A stretch of 64,000 nt of DNA from Yuukianura sp. NJ FZ-2021 (GCA_046563655.1 CM102288.1:3410001-3474000), one strand, 5' to 3'. Positions 36,901-51,400 are shown, counted from the stretch's first letter. The notes: generated by a model from the letters alone, not told the origin. Program-made: numbers and translations.

Positions 36901-37729
36901 GCTAAAAACCTAAATTGTGCGTTTCAAAAAGTAGTTTTTGGTTAAAATTTTATTAAGTTCAAGTGATTTGGAAATGAATGGAGGACACTTTGGAGCCAGC
37001 CAGAGATCTATCTTGTGTCAAGTAGGATCTTCTAACAGAAATGAAATGTTTCTTTCCAAGTGGTGATTAAATAATTTTGAGAAGCTGTTGATTTCTATTT
37101 AAGAAAAGTTTAAAAAGAAAGGAGAATTGAGTTCGCAGACGCTTCTGTTTGGTCTGCACGGTTTATGGTTGAGTTGACCTCGGGGTCAACCACAGTTCAA
37201 CCAAGGTCATCAAAAACAACTGAAGCCAGAGACAAACTTCCAAGCGTCTTTTTGGAATTGTATTTTTAGCCCTGACTTGGTCTTTTACTTTCAATCTGTC
37301 TCTGTACTCTTAAATTTTTGCAAAGTTGCAAAAAAATAGCTGAAGCCGCCAAGATATTAGTCGCTTATGTCACGTCAATTTTTTTTACTCACCTCGTCGC
37401 GACACCTCCGTTTTTGCACATTTTATATCAAAAAGTGGTCGAAATTTGCAAAATTGCAGGAATAAAGTTAACATTTGGTAGAATTTTGAAAAATATTTGC
37501 GGAAAAACTAATTTTCTGGTGTACTTATGTTGTTTATTGTCCAAATTATGCTCATTTTGCCCATAACTTCATCGAATTTGGCTGCAGGTTGTCACTTACT
37601 AAAAACTTGGTCTTGACAAAACCAGTAACCGCACGGGGTCACATGTCACTTGCTCAGTTTCCGTTGACAGTTGACATTGTTTGTTAGTTTTTTCCATACA
37701 AAGGTGCGGCTAGTGGTCAGACAGCGCCT

Positions 37730-37761
37730 TGCGCATGCGTGACGCGCCGGTCGGCTCAGTC
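37730..37761 (+). promoter_or_regulatory. Candidate core promoter for perlecan
   Basis: Local GC-rich patch with TGCGCATGCG (NRF1/Ewg-type palindrome), GTGACG, and an arthropod Inr-like TCAGTC at 37756-37761. Confidence 0.45.
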
Positions 37762-38001
37762 ACTCCTTTGTCCTAAACAATTAAGCATAAATTTAAAACA
37801 ATTTCTAAACAAGTTTGTCTTAACTTAAGCAAAGTCTGAGACCTTAAGCACCCAATGAGTGATGAAGGACAGACGAACGCTAAAACTGCTTGTAATGCTT
37901 TTCCGGAATGATGAAGCACCTTGATTTATTCCCCTCTTGCAGCCCACGCTTCTTCCCAGCATCCCTGGTCCACGATCTTCAGGAAGCAAAGATCATGCAG
38001 G

Positions 38002-38070
38002 ATGCTGGACTCATGTTTTCCAAACTTCGCTTTCATAATTCTCTTTTTTTCAAAATCTATTCCTTTTAAG
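38002..38070 (+). CDS. Tentative signal-peptide exon of perlecan (MLDSCFPNFAFIILFFSKSIPFK)
   Basis: ATG downstream of the candidate Inr, a hydrophobic core, and a phase-0 donor AAG|gtttgt compatible with the exon at 48403. Inference only. Confidence 0.45.
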
Positions 38071-41000
38071 GTTTGTTGTGTATCTTCATTGTTTAGGTTA
38101 TGTTGTTATGTTGGTTAGGTTGAAAGTGCTATTAGCAGAAGCTTCTTTTGGTTTCCTCAAGATCCCACTTGAGATTTTGCTTTGACCTGGCCTATCTTCT
38201 CTGCTCATCTTCATTAAATTCCTAGGAAAACAAAGAGGAAATTGACTTCTTCTTGTTCAAGAGCATCGAGACAAAATCTTCGCAAAAAATGCAGACTTAA
38301 GTTTTCTGAATTTTTTGTGAAAAGAATTTTGGCGGTGTTTTTGAACTGCTTGAGTACTAAATCAACGTCTGAGATCTTTGACGTTGTGACATATTTTGGT
38401 AGGGGTGGTGGTCGTTAGAGCGTAAACAGCTTCAAGCGATCAGAACTGTCAAACCAGAACGTATGACGTTAAGATGCTTTTAAAAAAAATGGGCATTTTT
38501 TGAAAAGTCGTTTTTAAAAACTGTACGCAGCGGTGAGAAAAGTGTGGGCAGAAAGTTTTTAAAACCGTGGCGGTGTGAAAGGTGACAGATGCGTAGTGAC
38601 GCGGTGGCTGCAGTGAAAAATGAGTTGGCTTAGAAAAAATTTCAGGTCAAAGTTGAAAAAAATTCACAAAATTTCGGTTTTCAGTTGAATCCAAAAACGA
38701 GTTAAAGTGAGACTTAAGCTTGTTTGGACGAATTGAGGTTGATGGGGGATGAAAATGATGTATGCAGGTGAAAAATTTTGCTTTTGTAAATGGTCATAAT
38801 CTGTCAGCAACATTTTGGTTTTTGGGTTTCAAAATTTTGATTTTTTTTTAAGTTTTTGGCTTCAGGTGAAAGGCGTGGGTGGAGAAAATGGATTTCCACT
38901 TGGCAAATTACCAGCAATTTACAGTTTTTCTTGCAAAATTTTTGCTTTGTTTTCAAAACACAGACGCAGAGCAAAAATTGCTGTTTAATTTGAAAATTTT
39001 ATAATTAGATTTTCAAAATTTTGAAATTTGCACAAAATTGAGTTTGCGTTTAATTTTTTAGTCGAATTTTTGTCTAGTTTCAACGCCGTTCACTTCTTTC
39101 TCGCAGCCAAATTCTGTACTGTCAATGCAGAACTTGTTGAAGATCCGAATGTTAGAGACCTGTGATTCTTTACTTCAAAAAATTATTTGTATTTGTTTAA
39201 TTATAAAAATATATAAAAACATAACATATTTTTAGGTTAAGTGTAATTTGAGCTGTTTGTTTTGAGCAAATTGTTTGATGATGTCTCTTATTCCTCATTG
39301 TCTAACTTGTTTGAAAAGACTTCATTCAAAGACCAATTCTCATCAGGTTTTTATATCTTTTTTTCCTTATTTGAACATCCTCTTGCGGGCTTTGTACAAA
39401 TGAGGCATCACGTTTTAAACAGCAATTTAAAAAGCTATTTCCACTTTTCAACATGTTGCTTCTCCACAGTCAAGCAATTCAGAGGTCTCAAGGTCAAATT
39501 TTCCAGCTAAAACGAACATTACTTTCATAAAAGATTTTCTTAAACCGAATTTACACAAACTTTAGAAAACAAAGTTCTTATGCTTCTTCCATTCTTTTTT
39601 CAAAGTTTTAACATCTCGAAATTGCTTTTCCAAAGTGAAAGTTTCGAAATATTTTTTAGAATTCATGTTGGAATGTTTGCAAACACCTCCATTCGTGCCA
39701 GATTTTGACTTTGGAGTCAATTGAGTCCAACAATGGACTTGTATCATAAGAAAACTTGATGACTTTGCAAAAACTGTTCAAAAAAAGAGTAAATAGACAC
39801 TTCCTTGGAAGTAGTTAGGAGGTGAATGCTCTGTCTTGCTGTGACATGTGACATGTCCCTGTCACACGGAACAAAGGATCCACACAGTGTCCAGGAATAC
39901 ACGTGGGTTCGTCCATTGTCAATTGTTCTTTCTTCATTACCTCCAATCAGCCATAGTTAGATTAACGTCAACTTATGGAAATGACCACAGATCGGCCAAG
40001 AGCCAAAATTCAAAATGCATTTTGAAAAAAGAAGAATGTTTGCAACCTACACTCACTTTTTGAGACAACATAGGCGATTGAAGTAGAACACAAAGTGGAA
40101 AAGACCTTATCCTGTTCTACTCGTGTTTTGATAATGGAAAACATGCTTTGGCTCTTCCTTACTTCAACCAACTGGATCCACCCGCCTTTTGTTAACCCAG
40201 ATTTCGAAAAACATAAAATTTGGACAAAAAATTCAGCAAAACTGAAAATTTACACCAAAAAACTCAATCCTAAACCCAGAAACCTCAAAATCTGCCCATC
40301 CTGGATCAAAAACTGGAATTCTAAAGCGTTTTTTGTTAGTTCAGTTATGAATCATGAAACTTTTTTTTGAAAGTGAAATGAATTGTGGTATTTGGTAGAT
40401 GTTTGGATGGATTTCTTTATTTGGATTGTTGAGGGTAGGGCTAAATTGGATCAAGTTGAAGTGATTTACTGATCCTTCAGTCACTTCTCCACTGGGGACT
40501 TGTGATTACAGTCCATTTCCAATTGCATTAAGGGCTCCCCCTCTAAAGGCATCACTCTTCTTCCAACAAACTTTCTGGAATCCAGTTTTTTGGTGTTTGT
40601 CCTTGTAGGGGCAAAGGTGACCCCTGAAATCATCTACTTTACACAATACACTATCTATTTTCATTGAAAAAAGGAAGGGAGCCCTTGAAGGCTAACATTT
40701 TGAATTCAAGGGACCCTGAAGGCCCCTTTGTGGTATGTTTCTGAGAAATATACATTGCGGTAAAACTGGATGATGACTTCTGAAATGTGTCCAGTTAGTT
40801 AAGAAAATTGACACGCTCAAATCCTTTTTAGACACCTTCAAATTGAGGATTAGCCGCTCATTAAATAAGGGCCTTGTCGGTTGTAAATATTTCAAAAACG
40901 CCTACGGCTAAAACTAGTTTAGGGGGCCCTCAAGGCCTAGATTAAATTCAACTTATGAATTTCGAATTTCGAATTTCAAATTCAAATTCAAAATTTTGTA

Positions 41001-44000
41001 TTTTTCAATCCAAATAGTAGAAAACTCTTCCTGCAAGCCAAATCAAATCTGGTCATCTGATTTGTGTTTTCTCGAACGTTGGAAAAATTTGTCTCTCGAC
41101 TTTCAACTTGCGAGTGGTTGGGTTTCTTGCGGTGAAAGTTAGTTGAATTAGTTAAAGTTAGTTAGTTATGTTAAGTTTGTACAATTTGTGATTGAGTTGT
41201 TAAGCTGTGATTATAAAAATGTTGGAAGAGTAGTTAAGTCGTCATGTTTGCAGGTTTTACATGAGTGAAAACAAGGCTTCTTATAGAGGAATGTGGGAGA
41301 AAGTGGAGAAAGTCTGCAAGAAGGGCGTTTTGCCGTCGATATTTTGGCGCCAGCCTGGCGCCCCATTTTTTGTGAATTTCACTTTCTCCCCCACTTTCAC
41401 TTTTCTTTCACCAGCCATCCCGCCCTCAAAACCCTCCTTTGGTTCAACCACCGCATAACACAAAAATTCCAACCAGATTCACAAACTTCACAAAAAAAAA
41501 AACGAAAAAATAGCATCAAACACCCCTTGCTTTCTCTGTGCTACTTTTACACCACTTTTTTTTGAAACTTTCTTTTTTTGCACGAAAAATATCGAAATCG
41601 AAATAGATCTTTGGAGACAAGTAACTGATGAAATACTTTGTTTGATTTGCAAACAATTGCAAACCAATTTTAAAATTGAGTGAGGCAGTGTGTTCGAATC
41701 CCACAATCCCCAAAGAAATTAAAGTTTTTGAGAACATTGTTAGGCAAAAGTATCCAGGAGGGACTGGACAAAATTGAAATTTGACGAAAACGGGGGGCGG
41801 GGGAGGAGAAAGTTGGTTGGCTGAACAAAGCGATTCTCTCATTCGTTTGGAGTTTTATGCTTCACAGGAAGCTTTCACTCCCTACAACAAGAAAGTGTTT
41901 TTGACTTTATTGAAACTCCACAAAACCTAACAACCTAACATTAAACCTAATCCTAGCCTAACCTTAGCCTAACATTAAGGTGAAATCCTGCTGGTGAGAC
42001 ATTTTCGTTGAAACTATGTATATAAAAAAAGTTTTTGTTGATGAAATGAATGACTCATTTCTGGTAAAATCTGGAAAAGATTAGCCAAGTCAACTGTTTT
42101 TGTAGCACCGTTGGTTTACTTATACTTTTTGTGCTGCTTATGTTGAGAATTGCAATTTTGGCGAAAAATGGACCGTCAAAATTTTATGAGCCGTTTACCA
42201 TTTTCCAGAAAACTTGAAATCGTCGGCCAAAAGCTTTCCGAGGAAGTCGTTTCGAGCGAAAAGAAGCGGCAATGAATATTCGAAAAACGAAAAAAAAAGT
42301 TTACGAGATTTTTTCGAAAGGTGAAAAAGAGAAAGCACAAGATTCTGTCCCTCAATTTTTCTTTTAAAGCTTATTCCGAAACGTGTCTTGTTTCATCACG
42401 TGATTTCTAGGAAGTGTACTTTTTTTGGAAAAGTGAAAGTTTGACCAATCTCAAATTTCGGTGATCTGTCAAGGTCAAAGGTCAAATGTCCAAGGATATT
42501 GGTGTTTTGGAAATTCGATCTGGGCAGAGATTGGTTCTATTTGTAGATTTAAGTCAAACTGTGGACTATCTTTGGCTATTATTTTTTAAGGACATTCCAT
42601 TTTTTGTAATGTCTTTTCTCTGGACAAGGAAATGGCTTTCTCCAGCCTAAAGAGGAATGAAGATGTGATTTCACTTAGAGGAAAGCAGAGGCGTGGTTGT
42701 GCTTTGCGTTGTAATCGTCAGACACTGCTAAGGAAAATGTGGCCCAGATTCATCGCAGACTCCAATTGGCACTCACCCAATTCTCACATCCACAAAAACC
42801 ATTTTTCTAGACATCACAACGACCAAGGACAAAGACACAGCAATTCTACTCTGAAAGCTCTTTGGCTACAACTTATTTTAAACAAGAAATTATTGTATTT
42901 TAAGAAACAATTATTCTAAAACCAGGCGATTCTTATATCAAGATAGTCAAACAATTTAAATTTGGAACAAAACGGAGATAAACTATGAAAGTTAGCTGTA
43001 AAATATGGAAGATTGAGAGATATCGACGAAACTGATAGAATTGGGTAAAAAAAAGAGAAAGTGTTTTTGACCAAAAGTGTTTTTGTCTCACTGAAGTTTA
43101 GATCTTACTAAAACATTTTTCTAATTTAAATTTTTCCCTGAGGAAGGACAAAGTCAATTGTCCGAAAGCTTGGATTTTGTTCTCAATAAAAATAGATTCC
43201 ACAACTGGAGTACATCCGAAAAATGAAAACTAAAAAAAAGAGAAATTTTTTGAATTTTTGACTATTCGATTGTTCTTAGTAAATGAAAATATAAAAATTT
43301 GAAATCCATTGAGAATTTTTGCACTTCGGTACATTGACATACAAAATTCTGACACAGTTCTCCTCATATGGTAATACGGTACGGTAGCGTGGTGACTTCT
43401 CCTGTGACTTCGTGTTTTGCAACGTGCTAATATTTTTCTTTGGATTTGGGATTTCGCTTTCGCTGTATTATGAATGAGTTTTGTAAACCAAAATTGAACG
43501 TTTTTCAAGTAACAAAGTAACATTTTGAATTTTGAAATTATAAAGTTCACTAAAATTTGTACATTGTTTTCCTTTCTGCTTGAATACAAGAAGTCTTGTT
43601 ATCAAAGTTTAATTTTAGACCACAATTGAACCAACAATTGAGTCATTTTGCGAATAAAAATTTGCAAGCTGGTCAAACTGGTACCTAGGAACTTTGTGCA
43701 AAAATGCATTTTTACAACCATGTTAGCCAGAGTTGCATTTTATTTTTAGGAATGATCTGTTAAAAAAATGCAAACCTACGCATTGTGTCTCAAAAGTCAA
43801 AAGTTTTGCAAATGTTGAATTTCAGCTGACAGCTAAAAAGTTTTGGCTGAATAGGTTCCTTCCTGTCAAAACTTCAAATGACAAACTTCTAATGACTAAA
43901 TAACTTTAATTAACATCTAATTAATTAGTTTACTAAACTAATTTCATAACATATCATACGAAAATTTATGTATATTACACAGAAACCATCATTTTTAAAC

Positions 44001-45160
44001 TATGTCAACGCTTTGTTTTTCTGCACTTCCTCTATCTTCTGGCACCGCAAATCCAAAACTCAACACATGAGATGGAAAGTTTCTCAGAATTTGTAAACAC
44101 AAAAATTCAAATCTCATTTTCTAAGAATTTGTTCTTGAAAAGTCAGTTTATGGTTGCTTTTGTTTAAAATACAGTTTTTGAAGGAGATTTTATTTGTCAG
44201 GATTGTCAGCAGGAAATGAAACGCGTTTTTATTTTTGTATTTTTTGGAAATAAGCGAGACAGGCTGCTAAAATTTGGTCACAAATGTTTCTCATAAGCAA
44301 CTTTTTTGAAATTCTCTGTTCCAAAAACAATTCTGTTCAAGTGTGGCTCGTTAATTTAGTACTGTATAATTTCTAGTGCTAGTTCTGCTCTTTTAGTCAT
44401 AGGCTTAGACTATGTTCCTGAAAAGCAAGAATTTTGGCCATTTGTTGGCAAAAGTTACAGGAAATTCTTGCCAAGAAATTGAGAACACAGTCACAAAAAA
44501 AGATTTTATGTAAACTTCCATTATTCATCTCATCATGTACGAAACTGTTGAGGAGAGAAAGGAAACAGAGAAGCTTTTACTCCAACTGCTTCACAGTTAT
44601 TTACTTTTTCTGACTAACTCTCTTGTAGTCTAAATAAATTGTGCGAAAAACAGTTTTTCAAAAACTGGAACACGAAATTGCGAAAATTCGAGGCGGTGAG
44701 GATTCACAGAAGTAAGACTGCAAAGGAAACGAGGCGGTAGCGCGGAAAGGTGCATAAACGAAGAACTGGGTGTGCAAAAATGAATTATTGTAATGCTTTT
44801 AATATTGAAAAAGTTCAAAATTTCGACAAAAGTGACAAGATTTTCAAGGAAAAGATGAAAATTTAATGATTTTCCAAGGAAAAGTTTAGTACAGTTTTTG
44901 AATTGGCGTAGGAAGAAAAGTGAAAAATCACAAATTGATTTTAGGCGTATTTCCGTTTTATGACTTCAACGGAAGACGCAAAACCAGATGCGTGTCCTTG
45001 TGCTTTAGTGTCGGATTTGGGCCATAAAAAGCTGAAATTTTGGAAAAACAAAACAAAAATTTACTTTTGTGTATTTTTCGTATTACTGCGTTTGAATTTC
45101 TAAATCTTATGTTTTCCCTACATCTTTTGTTTTAACTTTTGAAACTAAGAAGTTTATTTG

Positions 45161-45326
45161 GTTAAAGTAAGCATTGACGACCGTCGTTGTAGCCGCATGG
45201 TGTAACCACCACTCTCGCCATCTTTTGTGGCTACATTAGGTGGCTACACTTAGTGGCAACAAAGGTAGCCACCCATTATAGCCGCAAAGTGGCTACAAAG
45301 TGCAGCTACAATGACTTCGTTAAACC
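45161..45326. repeat. Degenerate inverted-repeat element with GTGGCTAC/GTAGCC internal repeats
   Basis: GTCGTTGTAGCCGCA near the left end pairs with TGCAGCTACAATGAC near the right end. About 6 GGCTAC/GTAGCC units inside; no clean TSD. Confidence 0.45.
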
Positions 45327-45360
45327 TTACCTCAACTACTTACTTGGATGTTGATTCATT

Positions 45361-45915
45361 TTAGTTGGAATTTGCGATAAGTCCGAATGTGAGGAGCAGC
45401 ATTCCCAAAAACTTGCAGGAAAGCAGCGCCAGAGCAGTACTTTTTCCAGCTACTGTTACTGTTGCATTTCCAGCACTTCCTGCTGCCGTGTTACGTCCAA
45501 TCTCCGCCACACCGTCTGCTATCATCTTGTCCATCGCTTTTTGGGGACATCCGTTCAATCTGAATACGAACTCCTGACCTGCTTTTCGTGGCTGCAAAAC
45601 GCAACATTCCAGTGCAACTCTATGTGCGAGTGCGTAGTACTTGAGTGCAACTTCCTTCGAAACTTTGGTTTTCCCAAGTTGGATTTCTTCGCCCTCTGTG
45701 CGGTTAATGTAGTCCTTTTTATTTTTCAAGTAGAGTCTGAGGTTGTCGCGATCTACATTTAAGCGCCAGCAAGCCGCATCCCTAGCTTCAAGCAGTACAA
45801 ACTCCTCAAGTGTCAATTTGTCGAAGGATGACAAGTCGCCCAAAACCTGGACATGCAACCGGCCAACCAGCATCACTGCGCACAACATCCCAACCGTACT
45901 TTGGAACGTCTCCAT
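45361..45915 (-). CDS. Intronless hypothetical secreted, putatively GPI-anchored protein (184 aa), antisense to perlecan and probably nested in its first intron
   Basis: ATG 45915 (METFQSTVGMLCAVMLVGRLHVQVLG, signal-like); four Cys in the mature core; NRT and NAT sequons; small-residue spacer (AAGSAGNAT) followed by a hydrophobic C-terminus. GC is elevated relative to the flanks, and there is a minus-strand AATAAA at 45158-45153. Confidence 0.7.
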   Translation of the reverse strand: METFQSTVGMLCAVMLVGRLHVQVLGDLSSFDKLTLEEFVLLEARDAACWRLNVDRDNLRLYLKNKKDYINRTEGEEIQLGKTKVSKEVALKYYALAHRVALECCVLQPRKAGQEFVFRLNGCPQKAMDKMIADGVAEIGRNTAAGSAGNATVTVAGKSTALALLSCKFLGMLLLTFGLIANSN

Positions 45916-48402
45916 TTCAAAAACGTATGGATTCCTCCAAAAACTCGAAAAAATGGCGACGAAATACTTAGGGCGTCCAGATAGGTTTTGAATAACACAA
46001 AAAATAACACGCTTTCGAAATGTTGTACTGACCAATTGAATTTCTAGGATAGGCTTCTGCTAATTCGGACCGACTCGGCTGAAATGTAGTTGTTAAGCGA
46101 TTTTTGAACCTTGACCACGCGAATTTAGCGTCAAAATAAGCGAAAATGGCGGATTTTGGTTTGTGGCTGTTTCAGAAATTTAAGAAACTGACCGTTGAGT
46201 TTTTCACTTCTCTGTTATGACATTGAACCTGTTGTCATGAACATGGGAAGCGAAAATTTAAACACTCGTGACCCGCGATTCAAATTTTGAAAGATGCAGT
46301 ATGTATGTGCTTGACCTTTGACCTGGTCCGATGAACAAGAAAAAAGATCACGAATATTTTCAAAGTTCAGTTAGAATTTATCTAAGCCTTAAATCACCGC
46401 AAACACAAGGATAAAGATCAGTGTTGGTTTTTGTTCCCTGCAATTTGAGCATCTCACACCTTAAAAACTTTGCATAATAGGACCACCCAGCCTCACTTTT
46501 CAAAAAAACGCATTTTAAAACAAGTTTTTTAAAAAGTGATTTCGAGAAGCGCAATTTCTCTTTACTTTTGCTGAAGTTTATGTGAATTACGGCTGTCACT
46601 TTGTTAGTCTTACCTTTTCCTATCATTTTGAACATAACTGGTGACAAGGGGGTGAGAAAGTGTGTCTTTGCAGTTGGAATTTGTAATGAAGGGCTTTCTC
46701 CTTCATTGGTATTTATGAAGACACTCTTCCAGAATACCTGGACGATCCTAAGATGTGACACAATTTGGCACTCCATTTCCTCCTGTCAATTCATTAAGGC
46801 TTAAACACTTCCAGGGTCCTTAAGTCCCCCCTCCCCTTCCCCTCTTTTCGCCAAAAGTCTTCCTCAATTTTCATAACCGTATCATTATCCAATTTAAGGG
46901 AACTCAACAGGATTAAGTACCCAAAGACCATCAACTCACTTTCACCCTCACTTTCTCTTCGTTACTCTTTTCAAAGGATAAATTTTACTCAAACATTTTT
47001 TGGCCTGGAAAAAAAATAAAAAGTGAATATGAAATTTTGAAGAATTTTTTGAGGGGTTGACTTTTGTTCTATTTCTGTTTACAATTTAGGACATGTGCAT
47101 CAGTGCATCTCAATTTGACGCCAGGTCATAGCGTCATTATGAATGTCACGGCTTTTTTGAAAAATTTTGACATAAATTTTGTTCAGTTCCTCCTCTTTTT
47201 TGAATCGTTTTTGAAAAGTGCATGTTAAGACGTGTGCTAAAATTAAAGTAACAGCTGGAAATGGGCGTGGTGGGAATTGAAAGCGATCTGTTTCGTTTTT
47301 TTGAAAAGACAAATTTGGAATCCTTTGAACTCTGAAATGATTTTGGATTCTTTTTTTAAGTTTCCAGTAAATTTTGAAAATGGAGTAGGCGGAGAAGTAG
47401 GTGTTGAAAGTGACAAAAGCTAAGTTTGTCTCTTGTGCAGATGGAAGTGAAAGTGAAGTAAATTTGGAAAGAAGCTTAAGAAAGTGAATGGGACGTCCTC
47501 CTTTAACACTCAAATCCTATCCAGCATAATCTAAATTGAGTCAACTGTCTCTTCCCTTCCTACAAATCCAATTATTTTCTAGGAAACGACTCATTCAGTT
47601 TACTTTTTCAAAAAAAGACTCATAGATCACGATTTGAAAAAAATTTAAATAGTAAATAACATGATCGGTTCGATTTCGACTTCGGCAAGCCAAAACCGTA
47701 ATACCGAAATTCAAATTTTTGAAAAGATTTTTCTGATTTTCGATTTGTAACACATGTGTAAAATTTTGTACCCCCTGCACCCCCCTACTCAATGCGTACA
47801 GCGTAGCTGTTTCAAACTCGTTTTGAAATCGCAATTTGTAAAACGAAAATTTTTGAACAGATTTGAAATTGTGTTTTTTGGTTTTTGAATTTCTTGAATG
47901 AAGGCACAACTGCATTGGTTGTTTGGGTTCAATTGAAAAAGCAAAATTTGGTGAAAGTTTTTCTAGTTTTCTAGGACACAATAATTTTTTTTTAAAACGA
48001 GATTTTTCTTGAAAAACTTCGTTTTTTTTCTGAAAAGGATGAGAAACTTTTTCTATTATTAGAAGTCTCTCTTCCGAGTAAAAGTGCAGTGAACAGTCTT
48101 GTCTCGTTCGAATAGTTGAACAGGAACTGAACTTTTTTTTGGAGGGAGTAACTATTGCTATAAAAACTTTTTTGTGTAGTGAAAAATTTCGATGATGTTT
48201 TCAAAATGATTGTATTCTGCTTACTTAATAAATCGATTTCTCCAAAAGTAATCTCTTTAACCCTAACAAAGAAGATCTCAAACCTTACCGCTGACGCATC
48301 AAATCTTTACGATTATGAATTTTCCATTCATTTTGAAAATGTGGCTTTTTGGTTAAAGATGCTGATGAACTAATCCGTGATCTTTCTTTGTAACTTTTGT
48401 AG

Positions 48403-51400
48403 CCCAACTCAGTGTCACTTGGTCTTGAGTCACCTTCATCCGCCAGTTGGAGAAAGTCCAATGGCTCATCAGATTCTGGAAGACTCAAAAGAAACGACGA
48501 CGGTTGGGACGACTTTGGAGATGACTTTGACGATGACATTTTTGGAGAGCCACCAGAAATCAACGAGGTCAACGATCATGTCACGACGACCACTGACGTG
48601 TCAACGACCATTGGTCTCACGACGACCACTGAGCGATCGACGACCGTTGGTCTCCCGACGACCGTTGACTTGCCAACAAGTCTCGGAGCGGAAGAGCATC
48701 TGAGAACTGTCCGAGACACTGATGATGAAGATCTGATTGGATCTGGAGAAGAGGGATCAGGAGAAAGTCCTGACCAAGGTCAATCGTCCACTTCTAGGCC
48801 AGCGGGTGACCCACACAAACGTAAGATTAACATAACCTAATGATAAACTAACGTTAATCTTTGACATTTGACCTCTGACCTTGTTTTTTTTACAATTTCA
48901 GGATTCTATCGCATCACACTGACGATCAACAAAAGCTGGAGCCCCGCCCTAGCGTCAAACACTTCTGTGAGTTTCGGAAATTTAAAAATAGAGAATTTTG
49001 TTGAACTTTTGTTTGAATTTTTTTTAATTTTGTTTTTGTTTTACAGCCTGCTTTCAAAGTGTACGAAGAACAGCTCAGTGATGCCATTACAAAGTCGTCA
49101 GCCTACGACATTGCTTCAGTCAAAGTAACACAATTTACGTAAGTGACGAGAGACTAAACAGTTTAGACTTTTTTGAAAATAATAAAATTTGAAAAAAAAA
49201 TCGATTGTAACTCTTTTTCTGTTTTAGTGACATACAAGATCCAGCCTACGTTCAAGTCACATTTGATCTTGGAGTAGAAGACGTTCCGAAAGAAGAAATT
49301 GAAGCAGAATTTAACACTTTTTTAAATGTTGGAGCCGTTGGAAACATTCGACTCAAACGTTCAAACTTCTCCATTCGTGACGTTGGATGTGAGTTAATAA
49401 CACACTCACTGAAAAAGTGACTATTACTCGGAAAACGTCTGAATTTATTCAAGTCACGTGCCGTGTCACATAACTTTTACCCCTTGTTCAAATTTCCTCA
49501 ATTTGGATTTTTTTTTGAAATTTTATTTTTTTGGGACAAATTACTGAATTTTCCCCTCATAGTTTCCGGCTCTCCTCCAATCAGAATCGTGACAACGATT
49601 TTTGATTTATGAGGGACCGATCCAAAAGCATGACAAAATGCATATTTCGAAATGCATATTTTTTGTTTCGCAAATTTTTGTTTATTTTGCTGAATTTACT
49701 TAGCAAAATTTAGTTTTGATTTTTTTTTCATTACAATTTTGTGTTTAGCCCCGCTTGAGCCTGTTTGTTTCGACAATGAACTAAAATGTCGAAACGGTAG
49801 ATGCCTTAGTGTAACCGTTCGTTGTAACGGTGCGGATGACTGTGGTGATGGTACAGATGAAGAAAATTGTCCAGGTAAGAAATTTTCGTCGGGAAAAACG
49901 AAGAGGTGTGAACTTTTCGGTTTTTGATGGGCACTTATGGCACGTCTGGAAGCAAATGAGCTTAGTATCTTACCTAAACTTCAAAATCCCATCATCAAAA
50001 ACTTTCCAAAATGCTGGAAGCTTTGTTCTTTGCTGCGTTGGTTAATGATGATGAAGATGAAAATTTTGTTCAAATTTTTTTTGGCACCTTCCACAAAATA
50101 CTTGTGGACGTGGTTCTCATGGCCAATGAGCTTTTTCGGGAAGGGGATTACCTTGGTGTCGTAGAATTTGCATAGCCTTTTTCCTTTCACCTTCCCAAAT
50201 CGCTGCGATTCAAACTTGTCACCACCTTTCACCCGCCTTTTCAAAATGATGATTTTTGGCGGGAGATTTTAAGTTCGGGGCTTGGGAAAAGCATGTTTTA
50301 TTAGGTTACCTTAACTATATTTTTTCATAAGATGGATCTTTGCATGAGTTTACAGTTCCGACAACAACCGAACTGCCGCCGACTCCTCCGCCGGTACCGA
50401 TACCGACTCCGACACCATTTGAGGAAATGGAGGACTGTCGAGCGGATGACCAAGTGAGATGCTTTGACGGACGGGCAATCATCTGTGCTGACCAAGTCTG
50501 CGATGGGCATGTAAAATTTTAAGAACATTTTAAGAAAGAGAACGCTTTTTGAAAATAGTTTTTCAAAAAAGAGGAGCTTTTTAGAAAACTTAAAATTTTG
50601 CTGGCTATAGATCAACTGTCCTGGAGGAGAAGATGAAGACGCAAGAATGAACTGCAGCATGAGCGGTTTGTTCAATTTTTAAATTTTCAAAATTTTATGC
50701 ATGACCTCAGTTCAAAATTTGGCGATTGACCTTGCTTGACCCTTGACCTAAGCATTCTCAGAGACGCGAAATACAAACTTCCCAAACCCTAACATCCTTC
50801 CTGGGTTGCAAAAATATTTTGAGGAGTGTATAGGAATAGCACTAACCTCAAAATTTAAAAAATTTTGAAAGTTTTGAAATTAAAAAAAAACACTGGGCTT
50901 TTGAAAAACTTATCTTTTCGTGTGGTAACAAATGGATTTGAAAATTAACACAAAATGTTTCTAATTTCAGTGTCTTGAAAATTCAAATTTTCAAAAAACT
51001 AAAATAATTTTCAAAATTTTGTAGATCGTGACTGTGGACGTGGTTTCTTCAACTGTGACTTGGACAAATGTTTGCCAGACTCTGCCAAATGCAACGGAAT
51101 CCAGGACTGCAGTGATGGATTCGACGAAAATGTCAACGACTGTCGTAAGTTTGACCTTACTATTTCTTACTTTGTTAACCTTTGACCTCTAGCCGAAAGG
51201 TCACAGAAGTCAGACTTCCTCTTGACACTTGAGTAGAAAGTGTGGAATAAGTGCTTTTTAATACTCCGTCTCTCTCTCTCCACTTTCTCAGTTAATCATC
51301 ACTTGAGCACTTTTAGCATGCATGACCAAATGCCAAACAGTTTAATTCATAAAGTATGGAGTCATAACTAAAATTAACACACCCACTGTCTTCTAGAAAT

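Noticed and set aside
41688..41705. Isolated T-arm/B-box-like GTGTGTTCGAATCCCAC
   Set aside because: No A-box or other tRNA arms nearby.
34487..44818. Numerous 60-120 aa ORFs in intergenic and intronic DNA
   Set aside because: K/F/N/I-rich translations of poly-A/T tracts, mostly with TTG/GTG starts; no family motifs.
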